Of a stretch of DNA of 64,000 bases, positions 27,084 through 41,098 are shown piece after piece. The number at the start of each line of letters is the position of its first letter. Within the stretch, counting starts at the first letter, position 1. The translations under genes were made by a program, and so were the position numbers. The notes beneath the pieces are model-generated. The model ran no database searches, had not been told where the DNA came from, and saw only the letters and a program-made list of their open reading frames with translations. The DNA is taken from positions 1,054,001 to 1,118,000 of the forward strand of contig OZ024756.1 in assembly GCA_964016885.1 (NCBI GenBank), given 5' to 3'. The stretch comes from Eledone cirrhosa (taxonomy: Eukaryota).

Positions 27084-27181
<98 letters not shown>

Positions 27182-27188
27182 GTATATA

Positions 27189-27303
<115 letters not shown>

Positions 27304-27404
27304 GTAAATATATATATATATGTATATATATATGTATATATATATATGTATATATATATGTATATGTATATGTATATATGTATATGTATATGTATGTATA
27401 TATA

Positions 27405-27439
<35 letters not shown>

Positions 27440-28035
27440 ATATATATGTATATATATATGTGTATGTATATATATATGTGTATGTATATATATATGTGTA
27501 TGCATATATATATATGTATGTATATTTATGTATGTATATATATATGTATGTATGTATATATATATATGTATGTGTATGTATGTATATATATATGTATGTA
27601 TACATATGTATGTATATATACATATACATATATATACAGGCGTACATATGTCTCGGTGTATGTAATTTCATAGAAATGTGTAACTTCGTAGTCACATCCT
27701 GTACGGTAATGAGAAGGCTTACTGCCGCGAACTCACACACATATATACATTTACATACACACATACATACATACATACACACATACATACATACATACAC
27801 ACATACATACATACATACATACACACATACATACATACATACACACATACATACATACATACACACATACATACATACATACATACATACTTACATACTT
27901 ACATACACACACACATACATACATTTACATACACACATACATACATACATACACACATACATACATACATACACACATACATACATACATACATACACAC
28001 ATACATACATACATACACACATACATACATACATA

Positions 28036-28641
28036 CATGGTGGCTGCCAACTCGTTTTCGAGTACGGCCACTACTTTATATCCATGTAGAAGAACTCCTA
28101 CCGATGCGCTGAACAAGTGTGACTTTTTAGTCCAGCCAGCGACTTGAAAACTCTGGTACAAACACTACACTTGTGACAATTATTGACACATAGTGCTGAG
28201 CCCATGGTACCATGTGACGACAAGTGCAGAGAGATCTCCAGATATAAAGCAATGCCTGTGCCGTGAAGCTTTTATAGTGAGCAAAGGCACTGCACAAAGC
28301 CAGTCCCACTCTCTTAACCAAGATGATATTTACCAAAAAGAAGAACAAGTCAACATCATTGGATACCATCAGGGCTGCAGGTGTTATATCAGAGTTTTCC
28401 TTCTCCTAGAATTCTGCCTTGACAAAGGCTAAGGGGTCATCTCTCCCGGTGATTTTGGATGGCCATTGACTCTTAAGAGCTCCTTTGCCCTTTGACAGGT
28501 TTTGTTTTTAGTCCTGCAGGATGTCCAAAGTCACCCTCCTCACCAAGAAACCTTGGTGGGGTTGCCAGTTTAGTCGCCAACGACCCGACCATGAGACAGG
28601 TTGTACTGGAATACATGTTACAAGTAGCACCAACTGGTGAC
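28036..28641 (-). mobile_element. About 610-bp non-coding repeat, probably RTE-5'UTR-derived (copy 1)
   Basis: Tandem with 28719-29330 (period 683), with a third copy at 42009-42612. It has a (TGTA)n tail and contains ggagaaggaaaactctga, which resembles RTE 5' UTRs. Confidence 0.65.
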
Positions 28642-28718
28642 ATACATACATACACACATACATACATACATACATACACACACATACATACATACATACA
28701 CACATACATACATACATA

Positions 28719-29330
28719 CATGGTGGCTGCCAACTCGTTTTCGAGTACGGCCACTACTTTATATCCATGTAGGAGAACCCCTACCGATGCGCTGAACGAG
28801 TGTGACTTTTTAGTCCAGCCAGCGACTTGAAAACTCTGGTACAAACACTACACTTGTGACAATTACTGACACATAGTGCTGGGCCCATGGTACCATGTGA
28901 CGACAAGTGCAGAGAGATCTCCAGATATAAAGCAATGCCTGTGCCGTGAAGCTTTTATAGTGAGCAAAGGCACTGCACAAAGCCAGTCCCACTCTCTTAA
29001 CCAAGATGATATTTACCAAAAAGAAGAACAAGTCAACATCATTGGATACCATCAGGGTTGCAGGTGTTATATCAGAGTTTTCCTTCTCCTAGAATTCTGC
29101 CTTGACAAAGGCTAAGGGGTCATCTCTCCCGGTGATTTTGGATGGCCATTGACTCTTAAGAGCTCCTTTGCCCTTTGACAGGTTTTGTTTTTAGTCCTGC
29201 AGGATGTCCAAAGTCACCCTCCTCACCAAGAAACCTTGGTGGGGTTGCCAGTTTAGTCGCCAACGACCCGACCATGGGACAGGTTGTACTGGGATACATG
29301 TTACCAGTAGCACCAACTGGTGACCTGACA
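28719..29330 (-). mobile_element. About 610-bp non-coding repeat (copy 2)
   Basis: Near-identical to copy 1. Confidence 0.65.
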
Positions 29331-29334
29331 TAAG

Positions 29335-30062
29335 CATACATACATACTTACATACATACATACACACACACATACATACATTTACATACACACATACATA
29401 CATACATACATACATACATACATTTACATACACACATACATACATACATACACACACACATACATACATACATACATATATACATACATACATACATACT
29501 TACATACTTACATACACACACACATACATACATTTACATACACACATACATACATACATATACACACACACATACATACATACATACATTTACATACACA
29601 CATACATACATACATACACACACACATACATACATACATACATACATACATACATACATACATACATACTTACATACTTACATACACACACACATACATA
29701 CATTTACATACATACATACATACATACATATACACACATACATACATACACACACACATACATACATATATACATACATACACACACACATACATACATA
29801 CACACATACATAGATACATACATACATACATATACATACACACATACATACATACACACATACCTACATACATACATTTACATACACACACACATACATA
29901 CATACACATACATACATACATACATACATACATAAATACATACATACATTTACATACACACACACATACATACATATACATACACACATACATACATACA
30001 TATACATACACACATACATACATACACACATACATACATACATACATACATACATACATAGA
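29335..30062. repeat. (TACA)n microsatellite
   Basis: Direct inspection. Confidence 0.95.
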
Positions 30063-30317
30063 CAGACACAACTAAACACACACAACTAAACACACACATA
30101 GACAGACACACTCAAATATTTCGGGTTTTGCTTCTGTATACGACGATGCATGACAATGCTCCTCCCTCTCTCCATCTCCCCCCTCTGTCTGTATGTGTAT
30201 ATGTGTGTGTGTGTGTGTATATGTTTGCATGTATGTATGTATGTATATGTTTTGTGGGGGTGATGGTCAAATTTGGACCTTGAAACCTTAGGTAGCGCCG
30301 TTGTTACGTGTATTAAC

Positions 30318-31076
30318 ACACACACTCACCCACCCACTCACTCACTCACTTACTCACTCACTCACTCACACACACACTCACTCACTCACATACACACACT
30401 CACTCACTCACATACACACACTCACTCACTCACTCACTCACTCACACACACACACACACACACACATACTCACTCACATACATACTCACTCACTCACTCA
30501 CTCACTCACACACACACACACACACACTCACTCACATACTCACTCACTCACACACTCACTCACACACACACACACACACACTCACTCACATACTCACTCA
30601 CTCACACACTCACTCACTCACTCACTCACTCACTCACTCACTCACTCACTCACTCACTCACTCACTCACTCACTCACTCAGATACACACTCACTCACTCA
30701 CTCACTCACTCACTCACTCACTCACACACACACACACACACACTCACTCACATACTCACTCACTCACACACTCACTCACTCACTCACTCACACACTCACT
30801 CACTCACTCACTCACTCACTCACTCACTCACTCACTCACTCACTCACTCACTCACTCACTCACTCACACACACACACACACACACTCACTCACATACTCA
30901 CTCACTCACACACTCACTCACTCACTCACTCACTCACTCACTCACTCACTCACTCACTCACTCACTCACTCACTCACTCACTCACTCACACACTCACTCA
31001 CTCACACACACACACACACACACTCACTCACATACTCACACACACACACACTCACTCACATACTCACTCACACACA
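30318..31076. repeat. (CACT)n/(CA)n microsatellite
   Basis: Direct inspection. Confidence 0.95.
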
Positions 31077-31689
31077 TGTTTTTTCTTTGTTTTGTTTGTT
31101 TATACACGTCTACCTTTCAATCAGTTGTAGACTCTTGATTTTAAGCTTCAATGCCTATAACTTGGCTGCCGCCAGTCTCGCCACGAACCCGACGTGACGT
31201 GACGTGGTATGACGTGACCGTGCTACGAACCGGTTGATCAATCTTAATGATACAACAGTGTGAATACCTTGCTCCTCCTTGCCGCCTGCCTCGCCAGTAG
31301 ACAGGCATAACCTGATGCTACTAACAACAGGATGTTTAAAATATCTATATGAGGCAACACTGTGTTAGTGTTCTCTATATTACTTGAGCTTACGGTATAT
31401 ATATATATATATACACAGTTTATTGGTGTGAATAAACATATTGATGCTATTTTGATACATTATACCTATTCCTTATATATATATATTTATATTATTATTA
31501 TTAGTACAGATTACAGTTTAAGCAAATAATCGCTGCTTTCACCCTAATACGGGATCTTCTGAAATTAAGAAAAATCAATCTGTAGACGCAGATGTAAATA
31601 TTTAAAAAAACGTTACAGCCAAAAGAAAACAGGAAGACGATACTTTGGTCCGTGAAGACATTCTAATTTTATTAATTTATACTACTTAC

Positions 31690-32450
31690 TTCTTTGACGT
31701 TAAACTCAACCAGTTGCAGACTGCGCATCAACATGAGATATTTTTCTCCACAAGTCCGATCACCAGCAGCAGAGTTTAAAGTGCATAGATCAAGTACAGT
31801 CCATAAGTCGACATTATCAAGCCATCGTTTTGGCTGTCGGCCTCTGTTTCTCTTACTAGCCAACCTTCCTTCTAGGAATATATAATTGTTTCTACTTTTG
31901 GCACAAGGCCGGCAATTACCCAGTGCATTACTGGTACTTTATTTTATCGACCCCGTAAGGATGAAAGGCAAATATATACCTTTCGATCACCAACAGCAGT
32001 GCTTAAAGAGCAAAGATCAAGTCTAGTCCATAAGTTGACGTTGTCAAGCCATCGTTTTGGCTGCCGGCCTCTGCTTCTCTCTACCAGCCAACCTTCCTTC
32101 CAGTTATAACCTACTCACACCACGAGTTGATCTTCTTATATGACCGTATAGTTTGAGTACTCTTGACTTGACAATTGATGTAATTGGTCTAAGTTTGGTA
32201 ATGTTGAGCAGCTCACTGATACAGAAATCTTAGCTATGCAGAAGATCTGGCCATCATGAGTTACTCAAGAACTGATCTGGAAGACTTTCTGAATGTACTG
32301 GCCAAACATACGCTGGAGGCTGGCTTACACATCATCTCCAAAACGAAATCTATGACAACTGATAAAAACAATGCCAATCTCCAACTCACAATCTACAACC
32401 AGCAAATTGCTCAAGTTAGGGAGTTTGTATACCTCGGTCACAAACTATCG
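31690..32450. mobile_element. Degraded RTE-like LINE fragments in both orientations, interrupted by a SINE piece (31883-31972)
   Basis: Minus strand: LEGRLASKRNRGRQPKRWLDNV plus a second diverged copy. Plus strand: KTKSM...QVREFVYLG. Confidence 0.6.
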
Positions 32451-32819
32451 TTATTTTATAAAATTGCACAAATAAATCAGTCACACAAACACACACATGT
32501 ACATCATGTCCGAACACAGGAACCACAAGAGAGTCTCTGGCGAAAAATATGCAAGGATAATTACGTAATTATGTGGAGCGAGAAAAACAATTTCTTGCTA
32601 TGAAAAAAAAATATTTAAATCATTAGACTAATATTCTATTTAGAAAATCCGAATGATTTCCAGCTCCGGATTTTGAGAATAAGGTAAATAAAAGTAAAAT
32701 GATTAAACGAAAAAAACTGAAGGTATTAATAATAGTATATATAGAAATGACTTCTACCAGACATTCCTGATGATTTCATACAAATGAAACAATTCTAGTC
32801 CTGTAGAAGTCATTTTTAT

Positions 32820-33060
32820 ATCTATATATATATAAAACTGAGGATGTCTGTCTCTGTGTGTGTGTCTGTGAGTTTTAATCCCTAAAACTTGAGAAGTACC
32901 CAACAGATTTTTTTCAAACTTTACATGTTATTACTTGTTTCAGGGAGTGTTACGCACATAAAATAATTTCAACTTTTTGATCCCCTAGGGCCCGCATTAG
33001 GTGAAAAACTGCGTTTTTCATCTTTTTAAGGGCTTTTTGAGGCGTTACGTCAGAGCGATT
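32820..33060 (+). mobile_element. Possible non-autonomous Helitron-like 5' portion
   Basis: Starts A|TCTATATATATATAAAA, followed by gtctgt/gtgt repeats and gatttttttcaaacttt. No matching 3' CTAG hairpin found nearby. Confidence 0.35.
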
Positions 33061-33280
33061 TCCTTGAAATTGTAACTATGTATTAGTCAGTCTCTTCTTC
33101 ATACCGTCTCTTCTTCAATCCTATTCTCTGCCAATGTATTGAGTACTTTTTTCAACTTTGGTCACACACACACACACACTAATTTATTGTCGTTTCACCT
33201 GCACACTCACTGGATGATCAGACAAAACCCGTGAGTACACAGGTGAGACTCCAGAGTAACCAGGCCCACTATTTAGCCAT

Positions 33281-33470
33281 AATAATTGTTTCAACTTTTG
33301 CCACAAGGCCAACAATTACCCAGTACATTACTGGTACTTTATTTTATCGACCCCCGTAAGGATGAAAGGCAAAGTTGACCTCGGCAGGATTTGAACTCAG
33401 AATGGAAAGGGCCGTAACTCTATGCGTCAAAGCATGACGTCCGACCCTCTACCGATACTGCCAATCCACG
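33281..33470 (-). mobile_element. tRNA-derived SINE
   Basis: Same family as 11803-11990. Confidence 0.75.
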
Positions 33471-33792
33471 AAAATGAATACTTAAACTCTACTTCGGTAT
33501 TAAGTACAATTTTCTCTCGTCCGTCAACTACATAGAATAAATAAATAAATATATATATATGATTATATATATATGTTTATATATATGTTTATATATTTAT
33601 TTAGGTTTGTTGGTTCACCACTGGATAGAACTGGTCATTCCGTATGGTCAACCTCGATGTAATATTATGGAGAGCACTCAATGTAAATGCAACTCACCCG
33701 TCTTCGTTTGTGTTGTTGGTGGTGCGAGTACGGAGTTAATTATTATAAAATAACAGGAGGCTGGACTGGTGTAATTCCTTGAAAGGTTTATT

Positions 33793-33850
33793 ATACTATG
33801 ATCATTTCAATGACCGGGTTCAGTATGAATCCGGTGACATCATCAGGTAT
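33793..33850 (-). ncRNA. Hammerhead motif family E (second copy)
   Basis: Reverse complement of the 5575-5632 motif, with substitutions confined to stem II and its loop. Confidence 0.72.
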
Positions 33851-33982
33851 TCGAAATATAACAAAGGAATATAATAGACAAAATCCATGGGGCTGAAAAT
33901 CAGAGACATGAGGGCGACCGAACATTTAGCACCTTCTACCCCGGTCAGCCGCCGCCCTCAAGTAATATATATATACACACAC

Positions 33983-34956
33983 AACAATAGTCCACTACGA
34001 TGATAAAAAGGTAGGGAGCCAATGTATCTCCCTGGAGCACTCCAGCCAGTATCTCAAAGAACTCTGTCATCCCATCAGGTGTAATGATTTGGGCTTTGGT
34101 GTTGGTGAAGAGCAGTGATATCAGGTCCGCTATCTTCTTGTTCTCTGTAACACTGGCTCAGAGCAGGAGAGTTAAGGCTAAAAAGACATCGGATGCTGAA
34201 TTTGCCGACGACATAGTTTTGGTGACAAATACAGGGAAGGAGGCAGAGGATTTGATGCGGGAGGTTGAGACTGTGTCACTGAGTGTGAGGCTGAGAATGA
34301 ATGAGATTAAGACAAAATATCTGGTAGAGAATGTTGAGAAGCCAGAGGGGATCACTAATGTAGGCGGGAAGCCGCTAGAATTGGTTGAGGACTTCCTGTA
34401 TTTGGGAGCAAAGATTGGGAATACGCAAGATGATGTGGTTGAGAGGAAGAGCAAAGCCTGGGCGGCGTGCCACAGCTTGAGATCGGTGTGGAAGTCGGAC
34501 CTTCGTAAAGACCTGAAGATCCGCCTCTTCATTGATGTAGTGGAGTCTGTGCTGCTGTACGGGTCTGAGACTTGGACACTGACCAAGAACCTCACTCAGA
34601 TGGTGGATGGGTGCTACACGAGAATGCTCAGGATGGCTCTGAACATTAATCAGTATACACTAAGGATGAAAAACTCAGAGCTGTATGGGAGCCTCCCAAA
34701 AGTCAGCACAAAAGTGACACAGAGGAGACAGAGGTTAGCTGGACATGCTCACCGACATCTAGAGTTGACATTGCACTCAGTGCTCCTGTTGGAGCCCCTA
34801 CATGGACACACTGGAAGAGGAAGACCAAGGTTAACGTATGTTGATGCCCTAAGGACAGACACTGGTCTGTTGGAGACGCAGGACATGGCAGCGATAATGA
34901 GGGACAGAGACCGCTGGAGAGAACTCGTCCATGGATCTCGGGAATTTTACCCGCTA
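33983..34956 (+). mobile_element. RTE-type LINE fragment with inverted 5' part
   Basis: 34152-34956 (+): EFADDIVL..FLYLG..LLYGSETWTL..RGRP. 33983-34140 (-): PDGMTEFFEILAGVLQGDTLAPYLFIIVVDY. Confidence 0.85.
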
Positions 34957-34984
34957 TATATATGAATGAACATATGTACCCACC

Positions 34985-35950
34985 AACACGCAGTTCGATA
35001 AGCAGAGTCGTTAGAACGTCAGATAGAATACTTCGCAGTATTTGTTTCCTCTATCAGCTCTCTCAGTTCAAAATCCTGCCGAGGTCAACTTTGCCTTTCA
35101 TTCTTTCGAGGTCGAAAAATAAAAATACCAGTCTAGTACTGGGTTGATTCTTCCTTTATATCTCTTTCTCTGTTGTGTTCAGACCTGGTGAGGAGATGGG
35201 CTTTGCTAGGTTTTAAAATACCCCAAGAAAAGCTGTATATAACTATGGTGGCCCCTACGACCCCATCAGTTGTTAAGGGTCCATACATACATATTGTTCA
35301 GATGTAGGCCTTCTGTTTTTACTTTTAATATCAACGTTTCATAAGCCTGTTTTATTTGAGAATCGGTAGAGTGTCGGACACCCTGCCTTGCAGCATTTAG
35401 TTACAATTATTTATGTTCTGTGTTCAAATCCCACTGAGGTTAGTTTTACCTTTCATCCATAAGGGGTCGATAAAATATAGTACCAGTAACGCATTGGATT
35501 CGATGTAATTCATTTAATCTCTTCCCCTTCATTCCCCAAAATTTTTGGTCTTGTGTCTAAATCAAAAAGCATTCTATAAATGTATTTATTGGTAGAATCA
35601 GTAGAGCGTCAGATAATGTCATTGATGTATGTCTTCTGGTTCAAATCCCGTTAAGGTTAATTTTGTCTTTCATCCTTACGAGGTCAATCAAATAAAGTAC
35701 CAGTAATATACATGGTGTTGATGTAATTGACTCAATCTCGTCCACTTCATCCACGAATATTGTCGGCCTTGTTCTTAAATTAGAAACCATTATCCTTGTG
35801 CTGGATGCTGTAATCCCGTCGAGGTTAGCTTTGCCTTTCATCAATACGGAGTCGATAAAATAAAGTAGCAGTAATGCACTGGGGTCGATATAATTGACTT
35901 TCCCCTCTCCCCAAATTACTGGCCTTGTTCCTAAATTAGTAACCATTATC
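34985..35950 (+). mobile_element. Cluster of old, diverged SINE copies
   Basis: At least four recurrences of ttcaaatcc..gagg..tttgcctttcatcc..gtcgataaaat.aagtacca. Confidence 0.65.
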
Positions 35951-36394
35951 CTGGATGCTGTTATTATTTCGGAAGTTTGCTGTAGTTTATGTTGATTGCG
36001 ACAGCTTGAAGACATTCCTTGGAAACCAAATCAAAGCTAAAATAAACAATAAGAATATCAGATAAAAAAATAACATCAAATATAATATAAAAATAAATCA
36101 ATGACAAACACATCCCCACCCCCTCAGCCCCTCCAAAAAGAAAGAAAATGAAGAAATGAAGAAATGATGTGAAGCAAGAATTTATCTATCAGCCGGTGGT
36201 CCGTTCATATCATATGGCTCTGATCTCAAACCTGTTGACAGACACTTCACTAACCCGCCTCCAGTTGGAACAACAACAATACTAAACATTAGAACAAGAT
36301 AGTAACAAAAATACACAACAGCAACAACTACAACAACAATAATACTAGCAACAACAATATGGAAGTGTGTTGTAGAACATGAAGATGTCAACTG

Positions 36395-36718
36395 CCATTG
36401 CTGCTACTGCTGCTGCTGCTACTGCTGCTACTGCTGCTGCTGTTACTACTGCTACTGTTACTACTGCTAATACTGCTGCTATAACTGCTGCTGCTGCTGT
36501 TGCTACTACTATTGTTGTGGCTACTGCTGCTGCTGTTACTGCTGCTGCTACTACTACTGTTGCGGCTACTGCTACTACTGCTGCTACTATTACTATTGCT
36601 GCTACTACTGCTGTCGCTACTGCTGCTACTACTGCTGCTACTACTGTTATTACTGCTGTTACTACTGTTACTACTACTATTGCTGTTGCTACTACTGCTA
36701 CTACTGCTACTGCTGCTG

Positions 36719-36772
<54 letters not shown>

Positions 36773-36775
36773 TCA
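36395..36775. repeat. (GCT/ACT/GTT)n degenerate trinucleotide repeat
   Basis: Direct inspection. Confidence 0.9.
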
Positions 36776-37254
36776 CTAAATCCCTAGTTGAACCAATAGA
36801 GGAGGTGTCACCTCAACGAGGTCGTTGGACTTGCTAGAAATAGCAGTCAGATTCCTATCAAAATACACCGAACCGTCTTATAATCCGAAACAAATAAAAG
36901 TGAGAACGTGTAGGATAAAGTAGTTCTGAATAAAATGATAAGATCGTCATGGTTGGACGGCCTTGGGTCATAGGTCGTCTCGATCAGGGTTGACCTAGGG
37001 CTAAACAACTCCAAGGAACATCTAAAAGAACGCTCAAACTGCTGGAAAGAGAAGTCAAATATCCCCAAAATAAAAACAGTTTTTGTATTCCTACCACCAC
37101 AAAAATGGGAGAAATACTAATGCAATCCTAGAATACGTTAAAAAACATGATGGTCACGGCTGGAATTTGTTTAAATTAATGTATGCTTCGTCATGGTTGA
37201 CCTGGGGTTAAACAACGACAGCAACAACTAAAGTTTAATCCATCATGGATACCT

Positions 37255-37735
37255 TTGTGTGTGTGTGAATGTGCCGTGTGTGTGAATATGACGTGTGTGT
37301 GTGTGAATATGACGTGTGTGTGTGTGTGTGTATGTTTGTGTGTGTATATGCGAGACTCCATGTATATGTATGTGTGTATCTGTGTGTTTGTGTGTGTGTA
37401 TATGCGAGCCTCCATGTGTGTGTGTGTATCTGTGTGTATGTTTGTGTGTGTATATGCGAGCCTCCATGTATATGTGTGTGTGTGTGTGTATTTGTGTGTA
37501 TGTTTCTGTGTGTGTATATGCGAGCCTCCATGTATATGTGTGTGTGTGTATGTTTGTGTGTGTGTGTATATGCGAGCCTCCATGTATATATGTGTGTGTA
37601 TCTGTGTGTATGTATGTGTGTGTGTATGTTTGTGTGTGTGTATATGCGAGCCTCCATGTATATATGTGTGTGTATCTGTGTGTATGTATGTGTGTGTGTA
37701 TATGCGAGCCTCCATGTATATGTGTGTGTGTATGA
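37255..37735. repeat. Compound minisatellite: tatatgcgagcctccatgt motif about 7 times within (TG)n
   Basis: Direct inspection. Confidence 0.85.
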
Positions 37736-37929
37736 GAGAGGGAGTTCTCTTTGTTTTATCAATTAAGTGGAAACCATTTCTATTTAGGATTGATGTTTCA
37801 AAACAAATTATTTCTCCGTCTTATTGTAGCAACATCCCGACACCTCACGGGATGGACTTGGTGACCCAGTCTAGCACAACATGTGAAACAGGGGTGAGGT
37901 GCTGGGATATGTGACTACTGAGAGATGGG

Positions 37930-38405
37930 CTACTGGTAGTGGTGTTGGTGGTGGGTGCCTGGCTACTGGTGGCATGGTGGTAGTGGTGGGTGGGTGGGTG
38001 CCTGGCTAGTGGTGGTGGTGGGTGCCTGGCTACTGAGGGGTGAGGTGCTGGGATATGTGGCTACTGAGGGGTGGGCTAGTGGTGGTGGTGTTAGATGCTT
38101 AGCTACTGGTGGTGGTGTTAGATGCTTAGCTACTGGTGGTGGTGTTAGATGCTTAGCTACTGGTGGTATGGGGGGTGGTGATGGTGGTGGTGGTGGTGGT
38201 GTTGGGTGCCTAGCTACTGGAGGTATGGTGGTGGGGTGGTGGTTTGGGGTGATGGCGGTGGTGGTGGTGGTGGGTGGGTGCCTGGCTACTGAATGGTGGG
38301 GTTGTTTTATTCTTTAATTCTTTTGTTTAATTTCTTCTTCTTCTTCTTCTTCTTCTTCTTCTTCTTCTTCTTCTTCTTCTTCTTCTTCTTCTTCTTCTTC
38401 TTCTT
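37930..38405. repeat. (GGT)n-rich minisatellite followed by (TTC)n
   Basis: ggtggtgttagatgcttagctact x3; (TTC)n at 38333-38405. Confidence 0.85.
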
Positions 38406-38577
38406 CACGTCTATACGAGGTATCTTGTATAAACGAGAGACGTGAGATGAGGAACGCAATGATAGTAAAAAACAGACACTTGAAAATAAATACGCGATAT
38501 ATATATTAAAACAAATTATATGTACACGCACACACACACACACACGCACACACATCCACGTACACGCACACACACAT

Positions 38578-38685
38578 CAACCAGAAATTTATAAATTTAT
38601 TATAAATTTATTATAATAAATTGAAGTGAAAGCATATGGTGCGTGTGTTTCTTATTGGCAACATGACCCTCCCTAAGTATAACAA

Positions 38686-38686
<1 letters not shown>
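38578..38686 (+). mobile_element. Terminal fragment of the family-B PLE pLTR
   Basis: Matches about 8145-8255 (cttattggcaacatgaccctccc..agtata). A shorter relative lies at about 40125-40172. Confidence 0.75.
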
Positions 38687-38726
<40 letters not shown>

Positions 38727-38770
38727 GCATATATATATATATATGCATATATATATATATGCATATACAC

Positions 38771-38848
<78 letters not shown>

Positions 38849-38858
38849 TTATACATAC

Positions 38859-38908
<50 letters not shown>

Positions 38909-38960
38909 GTACATATATATATATATATACACATACATATATATATATATATACACATAC

Positions 38961-39072
<112 letters not shown>

Positions 39073-39649
39073 GTATATATATACATATATATATATGTAT
39101 ATATAAATATATGTATACATATGCATATATATACATATTCATATATATATATATATATATATGTATATAAATATATACATATGCATATATATATACATAA
39201 TATATATACAAATTCATATATATCTATGTATACATATTCATATATATATATATATACATATGCATATATATATATACACATATGCATATATATATACACA
39301 TATGCATATATATATTTATATACATATGCATATATATAAACACTCATGCATATTATATGCATATGTATATACATATATGCATATATATATATGTACATCT
39401 GCATATGCATATATATATATATATATAATATATATACATATTCATATATATCTATGTATACATATGCGTATATATATATACACATATGCATATATATATT
39501 TATATACATATGCATATATATATATACACACATGCATATATATATGCATATGTATATATGCATATATATATATATATGTACATCTGTATATATATATATA
39601 TATATGTACATCTGCATATGCATATATATATATATATATATACATGTGC

Positions 39650-39707
<58 letters not shown>

Positions 39708-39709
39708 TT

Positions 39710-39980
39710 AGAGCCCAACATGTTGTCGAAGGAGTAAAATCAAGCCCAACCAAAGTCGGTAGTGGCGTTCCGCAAGGCGTTATGTTGGGCCCCCTTCTTT
39801 TCATTGTCTACATTAATGACATCATCAAGCACAGCTACATTAGAATCCTTGCAGATGATTCCAAACTCCAGAAGGTCATCAATGGCGTGGGTGTCCGCAC
39901 ATCCTTCAGTCCGACGTACTGGCTGTTATCCAATGGTCAGAAAAGAACAATATGCCGTTGAATGAGGATAAGTTCGAGTT
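39710..39980 (+). mobile_element. CR1-clade RT fragment
   Basis: [28 protein letters not shown], a diverged match to about 63558-63840. Confidence 0.8.
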
Positions 39981-40047
39981 AATCCAACAATATCGGTTTC
40001 AACACACGATTTCAGATAAAGAATCTTGCGAAACAAATTCAAAAACG

Positions 40048-40115
<68 letters not shown>

Positions 40116-40181
40116 TCTGTTATTAATTCTGGCAATATTACACAAATATGACCCTCCCCAAGTATAACAATATATATATAC

Positions 40182-40316
<135 letters not shown>

Positions 40317-40342
40317 GAGTTTATGTTGGTTGTATATATATT

Positions 40343-40379
<37 letters not shown>

Positions 40380-40442
40380 TAGAAAGTGAGGTTTTTTTTT
40401 ACAAAATGAAAAATAACCGAGGTGTCCTACACGAGTGAAAGT

Positions 40443-40742
40443 ATAAAGAAAAAGAGATGAAATCGAAAATGCAACTGAAGTCTTATTTTTTTAAAAAATA
40501 TATATATTTATTTGGTTCCTTTACCGGTTTCGCAGTTCTTCTGCTTTTCAAAAGGTGAGTTGAGATGGAGGGTCTGTGGTTTTTCGAGAAAAACCACAGA
40601 CCCTCTCCCTTTTGAAAAGCAGAACTCACCTTTTGAAAAGCAGAAGAACTGCGAAACCGGTAAAGGAACCAAATAAATATATATATTTTTTAAAAAAATA
40701 AGACTTCAGTTGCATTTTCGATTTCATCTCTTTTTCTTTATA
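40443..40742. repeat. 300-bp fold-back carrying two mirror HHR motifs
   Basis: 40443-40560 is the reverse complement of 40624-40741. Confidence 0.9.
40629..40666 (+). ncRNA. Minimal hammerhead motif, U3-A8 variant (mirror copy at 40518-40555 on the minus strand)
   Basis: cctt-TTGAAAA-gcag aagaa ctgc-GAAA-ccgg-TA-aagg. Confidence 0.65.
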
Positions 40743-40899
40743 TATATATAGAGATTTTGAGTTTATGTTGGTTGTATACCACACCTCAGTAAGCAGGCTG
40801 GAGCACTCGACGAAGTGCGCAGATTGGATTGGTTACTCCGGAGTAGTGTAAAATAAAGTTAAATAAAAGTCAAATGATTAAAATTTAGCTTCGTTTATT

Positions 40900-40954
40900 A
40901 CTGCTATATATATTTCAGTGACAGCCATCTTTGGCTGTGACCTCTTCAGGCAGT
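40900..40954 (-). ncRNA. Hammerhead ribozyme motif
   Basis: actgc-CTGAAGA-ggtcacagcca aaga tggctgtcact-GAAA-tatata-TA-gcagt. Confidence 0.78.
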
Positions 40955-41098
40955 TTGAATTAGTATGGTATAGACAAGTACATATGTTGTTTAGGTGTAT
41001 AATATTGTCAATACTATGATATGCCCAGTTCCTTGTTTGGTTGTTAATTCACACAGTAAACGAAGCTAAATTTTAATCATTTGACTTTTATTTAACTT

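Noticed and set aside
36379-36837. Ala/Thr-rich ORF resembling an antifreeze glycoprotein or mucin
   Set aside because: It is a degenerate GCT/ACT trinucleotide tract, open in several frames, with no regular Thr-Ala-Ala period or gene context.
37340-37720. CRISPR-like repeat-spacer pattern
   Set aside because: The spacers are TG microsatellite, the context is eukaryotic, and there are no cas genes.
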